A DNA stretch of 64,000 nucleotides from TPA_inf: Saccharomyces (taxonomy: Eukaryota), in NCBI GenBank assembly GCA_000146045.2, contig BK006942.2, forward strand, positions 160,001-224,000. The letters run 5' to 3'. The notes beneath the pieces are model-generated. The model worked only from the letters and a program-made list of their open reading frames with translations, had not been told where the DNA came from and did no database searches. The position numbers and the translations under genes were made by a program. This document shows, piece after piece, positions 1-11,750 of the stretch (positions are counted from its first letter, which is position 1; each line of letters opens with the position of its first letter).

Positions 1-886
1 GGAAGGGACTGCACCCTGTGGCGGCATTCCCATCTGACCATAGCTCATTCCAGCTGCAGCAGGATCCTGCGGAGGCATGAATTGTGCTGGCTGTTGTAGA
101 GGGGTGGCATTTTGTCCATACTGGAGCTGAGCTTGTGGGTAAACACGTTTCTTGTGATGAGACATTTTGCAGATGGTCTCAGACTTATATATTTATGTCT
201 GTTTCAATGCGGCAAAAATGGACCTGAGTGCCAGATAAAACCTTTTTGTAGTGCTATTTTTGGCCTGTTTCCTGATGTACCATCCTCCTTACATAGTTTT
301 GTTTTTCTTCGTTTTCGTTCTTCCAGTTTTCATTTTCTTCTGCCGTAAATGGAAAAAACAAGAAAAAAAAAAAGAGAACAGCTAAGCGTTAACAAATCTG
401 CTCCAGTGGCCATGTCCAAGACTGTTTTTCAAGCCCAGATAGTGCCTGAATAGACTGCATTAAGCTGAAAAACTTATAGCAGTGGTTAGTGCAAAATGCA
501 CACTTGTCAGTGCTATGTATATTTGTGACACGATTCTATCACCCAAACATAGCACTAATTACTTTTTTGTTACCCGGCATTCTAGGCGGAAATTTGCTGA
601 AATTTTCCATCAATTAATTACGTAACCTATTCTTTTAAGAGCATGATGTTGTATATAAATATAGATCACCTTAGGAACAGTCAGGCTTTCTTAGGTTTCA
701 GAAGTTCATGTGTCTTGGCGCAGTCAATTCTCTCGATCTTTTTTTGGTTTGGACGTTTAAGAGTAGCGGTCGCCGGAAAATAGAGAGAAAAAGGAAATTT
801 AAAAGGAGTTCTTCTTTCTTCTTATTATTAGATCGTATACAGTAAAAAAAAAAAAAGGAAGTAGTAGTTCGAAGAGAAAGAAATAA

Positions 887-2977
887 ATGGTAGGCTCGAA
901 GGATATTGATCTATTCAACCTGAGAGAGAACGAGCAAATCGTTTCTCCTTGTCTTATCGTGCACGGAAAATGCAATAAGCAAAATGGTGCGAAGACCGTT
1001 CAAGTGCAGCATCCACAATTGCCTCCAATTACTTACCCCATACATAATCAGTTCTTCAAGGCCACTGTGATATTGACTCCTGGTGAGAACAAGTTGACCT
1101 TTGTTACAGACACTAACACCGCTAGGACAATCGTATGTTACTACACACCACTGACGCAGAACCCTCCCGTACACCTGTGTCTGATCTTGGCCAAGGATTC
1201 GCCTTTACAGTTTGACTCTCCTCGAGAACAGAAGGACAGAGAGGGCGGGAATGGCCTCGAATTGGCAATCAAGAAGCTAAGACTTGGGGCCAGACTCATG
1301 CAAGCGTACACGAACGAGCAAATGCTGAGAAACAGTATGGGAAATAGGACGTTTCCCTTTGTTGAAGAATTTACCTGGGACACGCTGTTCGAACGGCCTG
1401 CTATGAGAAACACCATCAAAATACATGTAGTTCGTTCGGAAAAGACGGTGAAGGAAATCCAGGACCCTGACATAGCTCAACAGAATTCCAAAGGGAAAAA
1501 CACCGGCGCCCTTTTTGGGATAGCCATGGACGCCCTTAAAAGTTACGGCGGACCCTTCACCAATAACGAAAAGCCTGTTCAGGCAGCTTGTATGTTTCTA
1601 GACACCCACTGGGATGGTAAGTTGATTAGAGGCCACGCCGCATTGGGTGGGGGTGACGACAGCATTAAGCTCGCCATTTTTGGGTCGCACGGGCTTTACT
1701 CATGGCCTACTTGTCTCGAGCAATTGGTGCCTTATTTTACTGATGAGACAAGATCCTCCACCAGTGAAGTCGCCAACGACTGTAATGAGTGTGGTACTTA
1801 CTGGGAATGTTTGACTATCACGTTGGGAGCATTTATGCATGAGATTGGTCACTTACTGGGTTGTCCTCATCAGGAAAGCGGTGTTATGCTAAGAGGCTAT
1901 ACCACTTTGAATAGGTCTTTCTTGACTAAAGAGGCTTATTCTGTAAGAACTAATTCAACTGGTGCTAGTCCTCCCATCTTCCCCAAGGAAGAATGTACCT
2001 GGAACCGTCTCGATACGGTAAGATTTTTGTACCACCCCTCTTTCACTTTACCACAGGATTATTACGATCCATCGTTCATGAGACCTACAAAATTGGGCGG
2101 ATACCCCAATATAAAACACTCTGTATATCCTTTGGGTAACGGCAGTTGCCGCATATTATCGCCCACAGGAATCTATTTGATTGAAATTATATGTGATGAT
2201 TTGGCCAGGGGCCATATTGAATACTTGCCGGTTTCCCTAGGTGGACAGGGGCCTCAACGGGAAGTTATAGTAACATTAGATGATTTACGTGCCAGGTTGC
2301 CCAAGAATGAACTCGCCAAGTTTGGCAATACCTTCAAATTGAAAATTCTTTCTGTTAATGCACCGGAAACCGAGTTCGACAAGTTCCCATCTTTGTTAGA
2401 TGTTCAGCCATTAGACATGTCGAAATATGGGTTTTCTAAAAATGTTCAAGGTATCAAATCACCACTTTATGGTCGCAGCGACGGTGGTAATGCTGTCGGC
2501 GTCGTCGCTTTTGATGTTAGATTAGTCACTGCTGTGAGAATATACCATGGCTATGCATTAGATGGTGTGAGGTTTTATTACAAGGAAAAACCAACTGGAA
2601 CAAAGGATGCTCCCGCATCCAAGCCCTCTGTACCACCAAGAAATTATTTCTCAAAAATTACACATAGTATCAAAAATCATGCTTCAATAAACGAAGAAAA
2701 TCTAAAAAGTGTACTCTTTGGACATGAAACACAAAATTTTACGGATGCTACACTAGAACCGGGTGAAATAATCATTGGGTTTAATCTGAGGTGCGGAGCT
2801 TGGGTTGATGCTATCCAAATTATAACGAGTCATGGGAGAATGACCGACATGTTTGGTAACAAAGACGGAGGTGGGTTCGCTGAATTGCAGCCACCTAATG
2901 GCCAATATATCCTAGGTGTGACTGGCAGAGTCGGTCAATGGGTCGACGCCTTCGGAATTATTTACGGAGCTTTATAG
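887..2977 (+). CDS. YIL108W: Putative zinc metalloendopeptidase, 696 aa, with a metzincin-type HEXXHXXGXXH motif
   Basis: ATG-to-stop ORF. The motif HEIGHLLGCPH is encoded at 1838-1870. The ORF sits at the expected position convergent with PFK26. Confidence 0.85.
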   Translation: MVGSKDIDLFNLRENEQIVSPCLIVHGKCNKQNGAKTVQVQHPQLPPITYPIHNQFFKATVILTPGENKLTFVTDTNTARTIVCYYTPLTQNPPVHLCLILAKDSPLQFDSPREQKDREGGNGLELAIKKLRLGARLMQAYTNEQMLRNSMGNRTFPFVEEFTWDTLFERPAMRNTIKIHVVRSEKTVKEIQDPDIAQQNSKGKNTGALFGIAMDALKSYGGPFTNNEKPVQAACMFLDTHWDGKLIRGHAALGGGDDSIKLAIFGSHGLYSWPTCLEQLVPYFTDETRSSTSEVANDCNECGTYWECLTITLGAFMHEIGHLLGCPHQESGVMLRGYTTLNRSFLTKEAYSVRTNSTGASPPIFPKEECTWNRLDTVRFLYHPSFTLPQDYYDPSFMRPTKLGGYPNIKHSVYPLGNGSCRILSPTGIYLIEIICDDLARGHIEYLPVSLGGQGPQREVIVTLDDLRARLPKNELAKFGNTFKLKILSVNAPETEFDKFPSLLDVQPLDMSKYGFSKNVQGIKSPLYGRSDGGNAVGVVAFDVRLVTAVRIYHGYALDGVRFYYKEKPTGTKDAPASKPSVPPRNYFSKITHSIKNHASINEENLKSVLFGHETQNFTDATLEPGEIIIGFNLRCGAWVDAIQIITSHGRMTDMFGNKDGGGFAELQPPNGQYILGVTGRVGQWVDAFGIIYGAL

Positions 2978-3277
2978 TAATTAGTCAAGGTTTTTTTTTT
3001 CTTATTTTTTTCTATTTCATAACTTAGTCATATCAAAATATATCTATTAAATTATTTTCCATATATACGTAGATATTCTTCATTTGCATAATTCTTTGGG
3101 AAAAAGGAAAACAGTTATAGAAAAATATAAACAAAAAACCGCAACACTTCATGATTGCGTCGAACAATATACCTTAAAGAAGAAAAAAAAAGGTTGGTTT
3201 TATCACTTCATTAGTCTATTTGAATAATTCATAAAATATTTCTGATTTTTTTTTTTTTTTTTTTTTTTCATATTATT

Positions 3278-5761
3278 TTAAACGTGACTTTGGCTGCGAT
3301 TCATGGTTTTTGCCCTTATATCTTCGTTGTCATTATTATCAGCATTATTAGGATAATCCTTTCCATGTAATAGAAAACTTTTATTTTTCAACATGGATAA
3401 CTTTTCGTCCACTTTATCTATTTCAAAAATTTGCCTTGGTGTAGCCGCTGACTTCTTTACATTAGGTACATTAGAAGCCGCTTTATTGTTGTTAGCCAAA
3501 AGAGGATTCACGTTGTTTTGATTTGGAACAACCCTGGGACGATGTATCGAAATTGAGGTACCTCCACCATCTAAGATGTTATTAGAAGTATTAGTGGCCA
3601 TAAGTGGTGCAGATAATGGTATTCTCGAATCACCATTTTCATTCTTGATGTTAAAGTTGCTCCCAATGAGAGTGGTATTATTGCTGCCAGTTTGAGCACT
3701 AACGCTATTCTTGGGTTGTTCTGATAATTCACTCTGGGATGAAGATGCAGAAGTAGGATTAGATCTTTTTCTTGACAAAAAGTCACTTGCAAAGCTGCTT
3801 CTTGCACTTGGCGGAGCTGTTGGTATAACAGAATATCTTCTTTCATTATAAACAAGGCCAACCTCCTTTACTCTGGTGGTATTCAAGTCCGTTTGTGGGA
3901 CCTTAGAAAATGAATCCGATGCTTCATCATACTCCCATAATGACCAAGTGATTCCATATGGTTTTGGTTCTAGGCAATATACACAATGTAATGGGACATC
4001 CAAATTGGCAATAATACCCATACTCAAGTTCATAAAATAACCCAATAAGGCTCTTGCCACCACCCGGTGTGTAATAATAAGAACGTTATCCTCGATTCTT
4101 TCTAGTTCTGTGATAACAGGTCTGAGTCTATTAATAACGTCCATATACGATTCACCGCCAATACCAGGGTATCTGTATCTCAACTTATCTTTCTGTCTTT
4201 TTTCGAATTCTTCAGGAAAGTTGTTTTTAATTTCTGGATATGTCATACCATCATAATCACCTGCACTTAACTCATCTAACATTTTCATTTGTTTGATAGG
4301 ATAATCATCTTCGTTGAAATATTGAGCAGTCCCTATAGTCCTAGCACGCATGCTGGTCCAAACGAAAAAGTCATTATAAATGTTCCCATCTGTATTTTCA
4401 TTATTCTTTTTTTGTTGCATGAGATTTTGATAAAATATTTCTCTCTGTCTGGCAATGAATTTTGGTAGACTTTTAGCAAATCTTAGACCACGAGGAGTCA
4501 AATGGGAATTTCCGCCTATACGGCCACTAACATTATCTTCGCTCTCGCCACTTCTCGTTATCCAAATTTGTCTGTCAGCCAAATTGAAATTTAACAAATA
4601 ATATACCGTCTGCGAAGCTAAAAACCCTTGAATATTGTATGCGATGACTTTCTTTCCCACATCTATCATTTTGATGTACTGCAAATTTTCGTCATCCTCA
4701 ATTGGTTCATAGGCTTTCAAGTAGTTTGCCAGGCGACTTTTAAAATCTTTTAAAGAGCTTTCAGGATCTTTACCTTTGTAATCTGGACCAAATAATTTGA
4801 GTCTAATATTTTTCTGTACCAGTGCATGATCCGAACAAACAGATTCTAAAAATAAAACCTTCAAATGAGGACTTCTCTTTCTGATTCTAGCCAGAACGTT
4901 TTTTCTTCTTTCACGAGAGGTATTTGTAGCATCAAAAATTCCCACAGATCCTGAACCTTCTAATAAATAATCTAGCAATTCATCCAGAGTATCCATGGCC
5001 CATTTGTCTCTCAACCTAGTAGAGTCGGCGTTTTTCGGCTCGAAAAACTTTGAATCCTGGTCCTTTAGGCCATGCTCCTTAGCAAACTTCCTTCTAGTGT
5101 TACCGACATTAAACACTTTACAATAGTATAAAGAATAATTTAAAAATCTGGATAATTTATTTGTAATAAATGACTTTCCCGTAGCTGGCAGTCCGACCAT
5201 GACAATCACTAACTTTGATCCACTATCTTCCTTTGATATGAGACCATCTGGAGATGTTTTAGACTTTGTTAAACCAGGAACATCGATGGTGGTAGGTCTT
5301 CTTTTATGGTGTCTCGTAGGTGATTTAATGTCTTTCAAATCAATCCGAGTTACCTCATTTGCTCCATCTGAAGGAGGCATGTAGTCAGTAGTATCGTTTG
5401 TGGGAATTTTAGCATTTTTTAGTTGCGTTTCGTCGTTAATATGCAATCGATGTAGCGATTTCAAATTAGTAGCGCTATTTTCAGGAGAGTCAGAAGGTGT
5501 ATTTTCTTCAGTGATTCCAGGAGAGTTCCAATTGCTCGATATAGGAGTATCGCTCAAAGGTCTTTTCTGAAAAAGTGGTAAGTGCTTAGATAATTCATCA
5601 TGCGGACCCTTTTCAGCATCAATTTTATCATCGGAACTCCGGGATAAAAGATCATAACTGGAGTCTTGACTAGGTGCCACATGGTGTGGAGATTGTGTAG
5701 GAGCAAGATCAATATCAGGCGGCACAGGAGATGTTTCAGAGAAGTCTACTGGTTTGAACAT
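3278..5761 (-). CDS. PFK26: 6-phosphofructo-2-kinase, 827 aa
   Basis: Kinase-domain P-loop GLPATGKS is present. The bisphosphatase-like domain has RSGES in place of the catalytic RHGES (encoded at 4541-4555), which is the known PFK26 signature. The start is ATG. Confidence 0.95.
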   Translation of the reverse strand: MFKPVDFSETSPVPPDIDLAPTQSPHHVAPSQDSSYDLLSRSSDDKIDAEKGPHDELSKHLPLFQKRPLSDTPISSNWNSPGITEENTPSDSPENSATNLKSLHRLHINDETQLKNAKIPTNDTTDYMPPSDGANEVTRIDLKDIKSPTRHHKRRPTTIDVPGLTKSKTSPDGLISKEDSGSKLVIVMVGLPATGKSFITNKLSRFLNYSLYYCKVFNVGNTRRKFAKEHGLKDQDSKFFEPKNADSTRLRDKWAMDTLDELLDYLLEGSGSVGIFDATNTSRERRKNVLARIRKRSPHLKVLFLESVCSDHALVQKNIRLKLFGPDYKGKDPESSLKDFKSRLANYLKAYEPIEDDENLQYIKMIDVGKKVIAYNIQGFLASQTVYYLLNFNLADRQIWITRSGESEDNVSGRIGGNSHLTPRGLRFAKSLPKFIARQREIFYQNLMQQKKNNENTDGNIYNDFFVWTSMRARTIGTAQYFNEDDYPIKQMKMLDELSAGDYDGMTYPEIKNNFPEEFEKRQKDKLRYRYPGIGGESYMDVINRLRPVITELERIEDNVLIITHRVVARALLGYFMNLSMGIIANLDVPLHCVYCLEPKPYGITWSLWEYDEASDSFSKVPQTDLNTTRVKEVGLVYNERRYSVIPTAPPSARSSFASDFLSRKRSNPTSASSSQSELSEQPKNSVSAQTGSNNTTLIGSNFNIKNENGDSRIPLSAPLMATNTSNNILDGGGTSISIHRPRVVPNQNNVNPLLANNNKAASNVPNVKKSAATPRQIFEIDKVDEKLSMLKNKSFLLHGKDYPNNADNNDNEDIRAKTMNRSQSHV

Positions 5762-6414
5762 GAGCTTTTATTCCTCTTGCCTTTGTTCCCTTGAATAAAC
5801 CCTTCTTCTACGCCTCTTGTTATTATTTTTACTCTTTTAGCTTATGGCACAAAAGTACACAAATAGATACTAAAAGGCGAAATTTATTTCACTTGATTTA
5901 CCCGTAACTGAATACTTGAGTTTGTCTATATATATATATGTATACCTTTTATTGTTAAAAAAAGAATATGCCAACAAAATCTATAATAAATAGTCCATGT
6001 ACTCCACTATAAATTAATTTGCTATTGTCAGTAATGGCGCGATTAAAAATAAATAGGAAAAGAAATCTCTCCTCAAAAAATCTTATGTCCCCTAATTTCC
6101 GTATGTTGTGATTTTGGTATTCAGAGATGATCACGTGATATAAACGTGATTATTATTATCGGTCGGGTATCCCACTCGTATAATATGACAAATACGTTCG
6201 ATCAAAAGAAGGGTAATACTACTTCCCAAAATGGAAATATCAAAACGTTAGAAGAATTACAATTATAGCTTTGGTAACATTACTGATCTAAAAGAGCCTT
6301 AGCTCAGCCCGTTTGAGCTGTATAGATATTTTTTTAGTTTATTCGAGAGAAAACCGGTTTTTTTGTTAGTATCTTCAACAAAATTTTCCTAATTCAATAA
6401 GGACTTCAATTTCC

Positions 6415-7444
6415 ATGTCTTTTCTACAAAATTTGTATGTTGCTATTTTCTTTTCTACTTCAAGTATTATTGTTCATCTTTTATTAACAAACTGGGTATG
6501 AGTTACCTTTTGAAAGCAGTCATATAAGTCCCGGCCAAACAATAAGATCTACTAGAGGTTTCAAGTGGAATACTGCCAATGCAGCTAATAATGCAGGCTC
6601 TGTATCGCCTACTAAGGCAACTCCCCATAACAATACTATTAACGGCAATAATAATAATGCCAATACTATTAACAATAGAGCAGATTTTACAAACAATCCA
6701 GTAAACGGATATAATGAAAGCGACCATGGAAGGATGTCTCCCGTCCTCACTACGCCAAAGAGGCACGCCCCTCCGCCTGAACAATTACAAAATGTAACGG
6801 ACTTTAACTATACACCATCGCATCAGAAGCCGTTTCTACAACCGCAAGCAGGTACGACAGTTACAACACATCAAGACATCAAGCAAATTGTGGAGATGAC
6901 ACTGGGGTCTGAGGGAGTCCTTAACCAAGCTGTGAAGTTACCGCGTGGTGAGGATGAGAATGAATGGCTAGCGGTTCATTGCGTGGATTTTTACAATCAG
7001 ATTAATATGTTATACGGGTCCATCACAGAATTTTGCTCCCCACAAACATGCCCGAGGATGATAGCGACGAACGAATATGAATATCTTTGGGCATTTCAAA
7101 AGGGTCAGCCCCCCGTTTCGGTAAGTGCCCCTAAGTATGTGGAATGTTTGATGAGGTGGTGTCAAGACCAATTTGATGACGAATCTCTTTTTCCTTCCAA
7201 AGTCACCGGTACCTTCCCGGAGGGATTCATCCAACGAGTAATTCAACCAATTCTAAGGCGATTATTCAGAGTTTATGCGCATATTTACTGTCATCATTTT
7301 AATGAAATTCTTGAACTAAATTTACAAACCGTACTAAACACAAGTTTTAGACATTTTTGTCTTTTTGCACAAGAGTTCGAACTACTAAGACCGGCTGATT
7401 TTGGTCCGCTGTTAGAATTAGTGATGGAGTTGAGGGATAGGTAG
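6415..7444 (+). CDS. MOB1: Mob1 kinase-regulator (Dbf2/Dbf20 activator), spliced: exon 1 6415-6434, intron 6435-6519, exon 2 6520-7444, 314 aa
   Basis: ATG TCT TTT CTA CAA AAT TT is followed by GTATGT. After the AG at 6518-6519 the frame joins the 236-aa ORF and encodes MSFLQNF-HISPGQTIRSTRGF. The Mob domain is recognisable downstream. Confidence 0.9.
6435..6519 (+). other. MOB1: MOB1 spliceosomal intron (85 nt): 5' splice site GTATGT, putative branch point TATTAAC at 6482-6488, 3' splice site AG at 6518-6519
   Basis: A canonical GTATGT follows a 20-nt exon 1. This is the only AG that gives an in-frame exon 2 with the downstream long ORF. Confidence 0.85.
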
Positions 7445-7580
7445 TATTGTATATTTATATAAGTCTGCTTGTAGGTTGTATTCTTCCATGCATGGGACAC
7501 AAAAACAAAAATACGGAAACATATTAATATAACATATGGATGGAAGGAAATAAAAACATTCTAGTTTACTATACTTGTAT

Positions 7581-9641
7581 TTATGATTTGAAATCGTTTA
7601 TTGGAGTTTGAATATAAATATTGGGAACTTGATCTTGTAATTCAGAATCATTAGTATCAGGTAATGAAGACATGGATGTATTCGTATTTGTTTGATTGTC
7701 CAATTTTGGTGTTACCGTGGACCCCACATAATTACTATTTATATCATCGTTTTCATCATTTTCTACCATTGTGCTATTGGCATTACTCAGCTGATACTTA
7801 TTAATGCTGGTATGGTTATTGGTTAGCTTGGGTTTCCCATCTGAATTCAAGTTTAATTTTTGTGTTATGAATTTATACTTGTCTTGTATATTCGAAGTAG
7901 ATGTTAAGATCTTCAAATTATCAAACCAAGACATCATTGATTCATAAGAATCGGCTTTAAAAACCCAATTGTGACCACGACGAATTATGCCGTTTTGCTT
8001 AGCATGCAACACAAACTTAGCATCCGAACCAGTCGAATTTGGTGATGATGTACTGTTTTTCCGGGAATGTTCCGTCACAGTACATTCACTTAATGCTAAC
8101 GACATCACTGGTACTAAATCTTTTTTTCTGTCCGCGGTCTTGAATTCATGTAAAAAGTTCGGTGTCAGCACATAATACCCTTTTGAATAGGATTTTAGAA
8201 ATTTTGATCTTCTTTCTAAAAACCCTGATTTGATTTCATAAGTCAAAGGATCGAATTGGTATTTGTAAACGATTTCTTTGAATGTCCTCATCGGTAGATT
8301 AGGCAATAAAAAGTTGGGATCCCTTGAAATGAAGTTATCCCATTCAAATTGTGGGTCAACGTTGAAAAATCCAGAATCTAATTTGGATATCAATATATCG
8401 AAAACCAATTGTGCTTCTTGTCCCAGTAATCTGGCATATATTGTTAAAGAGTTTTGAATTTCCATAACTACAATTTTTTCTAATTCAGCGCCTGAAGTCT
8501 CTAAATTATCAAAAGCTTCATGCAGAAAGTTTTCCTCCTGAAGTTGCTTTTTAATTTGTCTATCAAGCGCCAGCTTGGTTAAGAATGGATCTTGTTTTGG
8601 CACTGAATAGCGCGCATCCTTTAAAGACTCCTGAAATTGCTTCATGGCCTGTTTTGTTTGTTGTAACTCTTTGGAACAAGAATTTTTGAAATCCGACTGC
8701 AGTGATTTTATTTCCTTTATCTTGACTATTAGATCTCTCCTCAAGTCTTCCAAACGAGGAATAACATCATTGGTCAATTCCCTTGATGCCTTAGACGCGC
8801 TGGATGCTAGGGATTCATGATACTGGTTCAAAATTGTTGGTAAGTCCTGTATCGAGCCATTACCCAATGGCAAAAAAAACTTTTGTACTGATTTATCCTC
8901 CTGCGAGCTTGGTTGGTATTGATTCTCGATCGAAAAGAATGGGAATTGTACAGCATGTGATAATCTTAGTTGCTGTCTAACAATTTCATCCTGAATAGAA
9001 GCGATTTCTGTTAAGTAAACGATCACCGACTTGATGACATTTCTCCAAGCTGAAAACCTCGCTGCAAGAATATCTGTTGGTTGCGCAGCTGTAGGGACCA
9101 GTATTACTAATGGAGATCTAGGATCTTGTTGTTGTTGCTGTTGCTGAGCAAGTCTTTGACGTTGTAAGGAAGACCTAGCCCTCGACAGTATTGAAGTGTT
9201 GGTTAAAGAGTTTTTCCCTTGGAGCTGTTTCCCGTTGTTATTATTGGGATCTGGGACAGCAATGGTTACATTGGTGTTCGAGTCGATATTAGGAGAACCA
9301 TTGCTTATGATACCTTGCAACCCTCCAGAATTCATCGTCAGCGTCCTATTGTTTTGAAACGTTGAATTACTAGTGGAAGGAACTGGTTGTCCATTCAAAT
9401 AGCTTTGTTGGTTTATATCGGATGTCAAACTGCCATTTTGAAAGCTTGCGCTCTGCTGCTGTTGCTGCTGCTGCTGCTGTTGTTGTTGTTGTTGTTGTTG
9501 CTGTTGTTGTAAAACGTTGGCATGATCTGCTGAAGTCATACTTCTCGTATGCTGCTGCAAGTTATGCAGGTGCTGAAGATTTAGCTGTTGCTGTGACAGC
9601 ATATCAGAGACCGCAGAGGTCATTGTGTTGTTTTTCGACAT
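7581..9641 (-). CDS. SLM1: PH-domain phosphoinositide-binding TORC2/eisosome effector, 686 aa, with poly-Gln tracts
   Basis: Long ORF with an ATG start, a run of 19 Gln codons at 9453-9509, and a C-terminal PH-like region. The position after MOB1 matches SLM1. Confidence 0.92.
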   Translation of the reverse strand: MSKNNTMTSAVSDMLSQQQLNLQHLHNLQQHTRSMTSADHANVLQQQQQQQQQQQQQQQQQQQSASFQNGSLTSDINQQSYLNGQPVPSTSNSTFQNNRTLTMNSGGLQGIISNGSPNIDSNTNVTIAVPDPNNNNGKQLQGKNSLTNTSILSRARSSLQRQRLAQQQQQQQDPRSPLVILVPTAAQPTDILAARFSAWRNVIKSVIVYLTEIASIQDEIVRQQLRLSHAVQFPFFSIENQYQPSSQEDKSVQKFFLPLGNGSIQDLPTILNQYHESLASSASKASRELTNDVIPRLEDLRRDLIVKIKEIKSLQSDFKNSCSKELQQTKQAMKQFQESLKDARYSVPKQDPFLTKLALDRQIKKQLQEENFLHEAFDNLETSGAELEKIVVMEIQNSLTIYARLLGQEAQLVFDILISKLDSGFFNVDPQFEWDNFISRDPNFLLPNLPMRTFKEIVYKYQFDPLTYEIKSGFLERRSKFLKSYSKGYYVLTPNFLHEFKTADRKKDLVPVMSLALSECTVTEHSRKNSTSSPNSTGSDAKFVLHAKQNGIIRRGHNWVFKADSYESMMSWFDNLKILTSTSNIQDKYKFITQKLNLNSDGKPKLTNNHTSINKYQLSNANSTMVENDENDDINSNYVGSTVTPKLDNQTNTNTSMSSLPDTNDSELQDQVPNIYIQTPINDFKS

Positions 9642-9981
9642 TTTTTTTTCTTTTAATGTTGTATTCTTTTATTGTTAACTACTTTTTTTCTTTAAAAAGC
9701 TTCAAAAGAAGATGACCAAATGCAGATATAAGAACACTCTAATAGGTTGTACCAATTCAAGGGCTCAACAGATGTCCTCGTTGTTTTTCCCCCCCCCAGC
9801 TTGGATCGCTGTCACTCTTCAAGGCTTGAAAGCCTTCTCCCTTCTTCGATGGAATACGTAATGCCATGAGGGGAAAAGCCGCGGGAAGAGAAGGGTAACC
9901 CAATTTTAGGCCCCTGCAGGAACGTTAATCAATATATACTCTATCTAATGCAGTAATCTACGCTAAACATTCAAATGATCT

Positions 9982-11505
9982 TCATTGTGGGTTCTGCTGC
10001 TGCTCTCGGTATTCAGACTCTGCCAAAATTTCCATCTCTCTTATATTTAGTGTCTCCCACTCAGGTTCGCCAGTTTGTTCGTTGAACGATGCAATACATT
10101 CAAATTCAATATCCTGCTTGGAAAGTGACTCTTGCTCTTTTCTCATTTCCAAGGCCAGACTTCTTATGACGTTCTCACTACCCTGAGAAATGAACCACGC
10201 AGTCAGATCATCCAAGAGAACTTTGTCGTAGACGTAGTAAACATCATGGAAACGAAATGTTTCATGAATGTCCAAAAGCGCCCTTATGACTAGTCTCTTA
10301 CCACCTCGTAGAATATAATATACGAATGTCCACGCTTTCATTGCTAGGTCATAGTTTCTATGTAGTGGATAACTCAGGGCTCTCCTGATACCTGTAATGA
10401 TTGCAATCTTGATGAGAGAGCTGTCTTTATTAACCTTTGATATTTCTTTCATACCGTCTTGCAGTTCGTTCACCTGTTTTAATTGTTGGTCTAAGAATGA
10501 TATTTGAGGGCACAATTTTCCCATGGTCCAAGCACTCTCTGTGGTATGAGTACCTTCGTTTTCGATCTGTTCAAACACATAACTGAAAAGAACGCTGAGT
10601 ATAGTGACATAAAGTGGTTTTATATCTTCCACGAGATAAGACTTCTTGGGTAAATTGTCCTGCATCTGTTTTTGTTCCTCGTCAGTAAACTCAATTGGCA
10701 TGACCAGATTTGGGTTCGTACTGTCTTTGTACCATTGCAGGTATTGCTTTACGATCGAAGGTGTAAACTTCAGTAGTTCTTTAATGCCGTTAATTTCCAA
10801 GTCTTCCTCGTTACCGTATTTATGTGTCATATACTCGGAAACATAGTACTCAGGATCAAACTTCAAATTTTCTTTTCTTAACCTTTCAATAACTCTATCG
10901 TTCGCGTCAGTGTGTTCAGGATCGTCTAATTCATTGATATCGTTCCCGTTGCTTGTCGACACTGATATAACTGTATCATATAAGTTATCAAACCCATATT
11001 TTGTCTTCAATATTCCATTATTGGTGCTGGAATCCATCTTTTGCTCTATCTCCCAATTAAACCCCTCTCCCATTTGACCAATAGTCTTCACATCATCTTT
11101 AATATTATTCGACACGCCATCAGTTTCGACCTCTTGAATAAGGGGCTTTTGGGTTTTTTTCGCATCAGTATTTTCTGTTAATGCATCGGCACCTGCAAGA
11201 TCGCCTTGCCTAGCCAACAACTTTGTCGGTAGGTCCAAATCTTCGAAATATTCATTTTTATTCAGTTTGGCTACTTTTACATTGATGCATTCATCTTTGG
11301 AATCGTATTGAGCGGTAGACCTCTCATCATCGATTAATTCGTGAGGAAATCTTAATCTTAAATAGTAAGGGGATAAGTGAAAAATGATCATATTTTCTTG
11401 GATGATTATCTCTAAACCCACTGCACTGAACCTAATATTACTTATGAATATTTTGAGAAATATAAATTCCTCATCCTGTGTTATAGAGAATCTTGGTGTT
11501 ATCAT
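9982..11505 (-). CDS. SHQ1: H/ACA snoRNP assembly chaperone (Shq1), 507 aa
   Basis: ORF with an ATG start. The N-terminal CS-like region and acidic tail are recognisable as Shq1. Confidence 0.9.
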
Positions 11506-11750
11506 TATAGTTCAGAAGTGATGGTAGATTATAGCAAGTATTCTTCTTTTGTGAATCTTAATATTACTCTGAGCACTTGACACTGAATATTTAGTATTCA
11601 AAATTTTTCAGCTGATTTTTGCGATGCGATGGTGATGAAAAAAAAAACATGTAGTAGTAATAACAATCAAATAAAATAAGTGAAATCTCATGAACTATCT
11701 GCTGCGAATTTTAAGGATAATCGGATAGCTTGAAGCATTTCTTTTTCGTA

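Noticed and set aside
6503-6784. - strand ORFs of 76 and 93 aa
   Set aside because: They are antisense to MOB1 exon 2 and are not supported.
9422-9715. 97-aa + strand ORF rich in Ala/Val
   Set aside because: It is antisense to the SLM1 poly-Gln CAG/CAA tract, so it is a compositional artefact.
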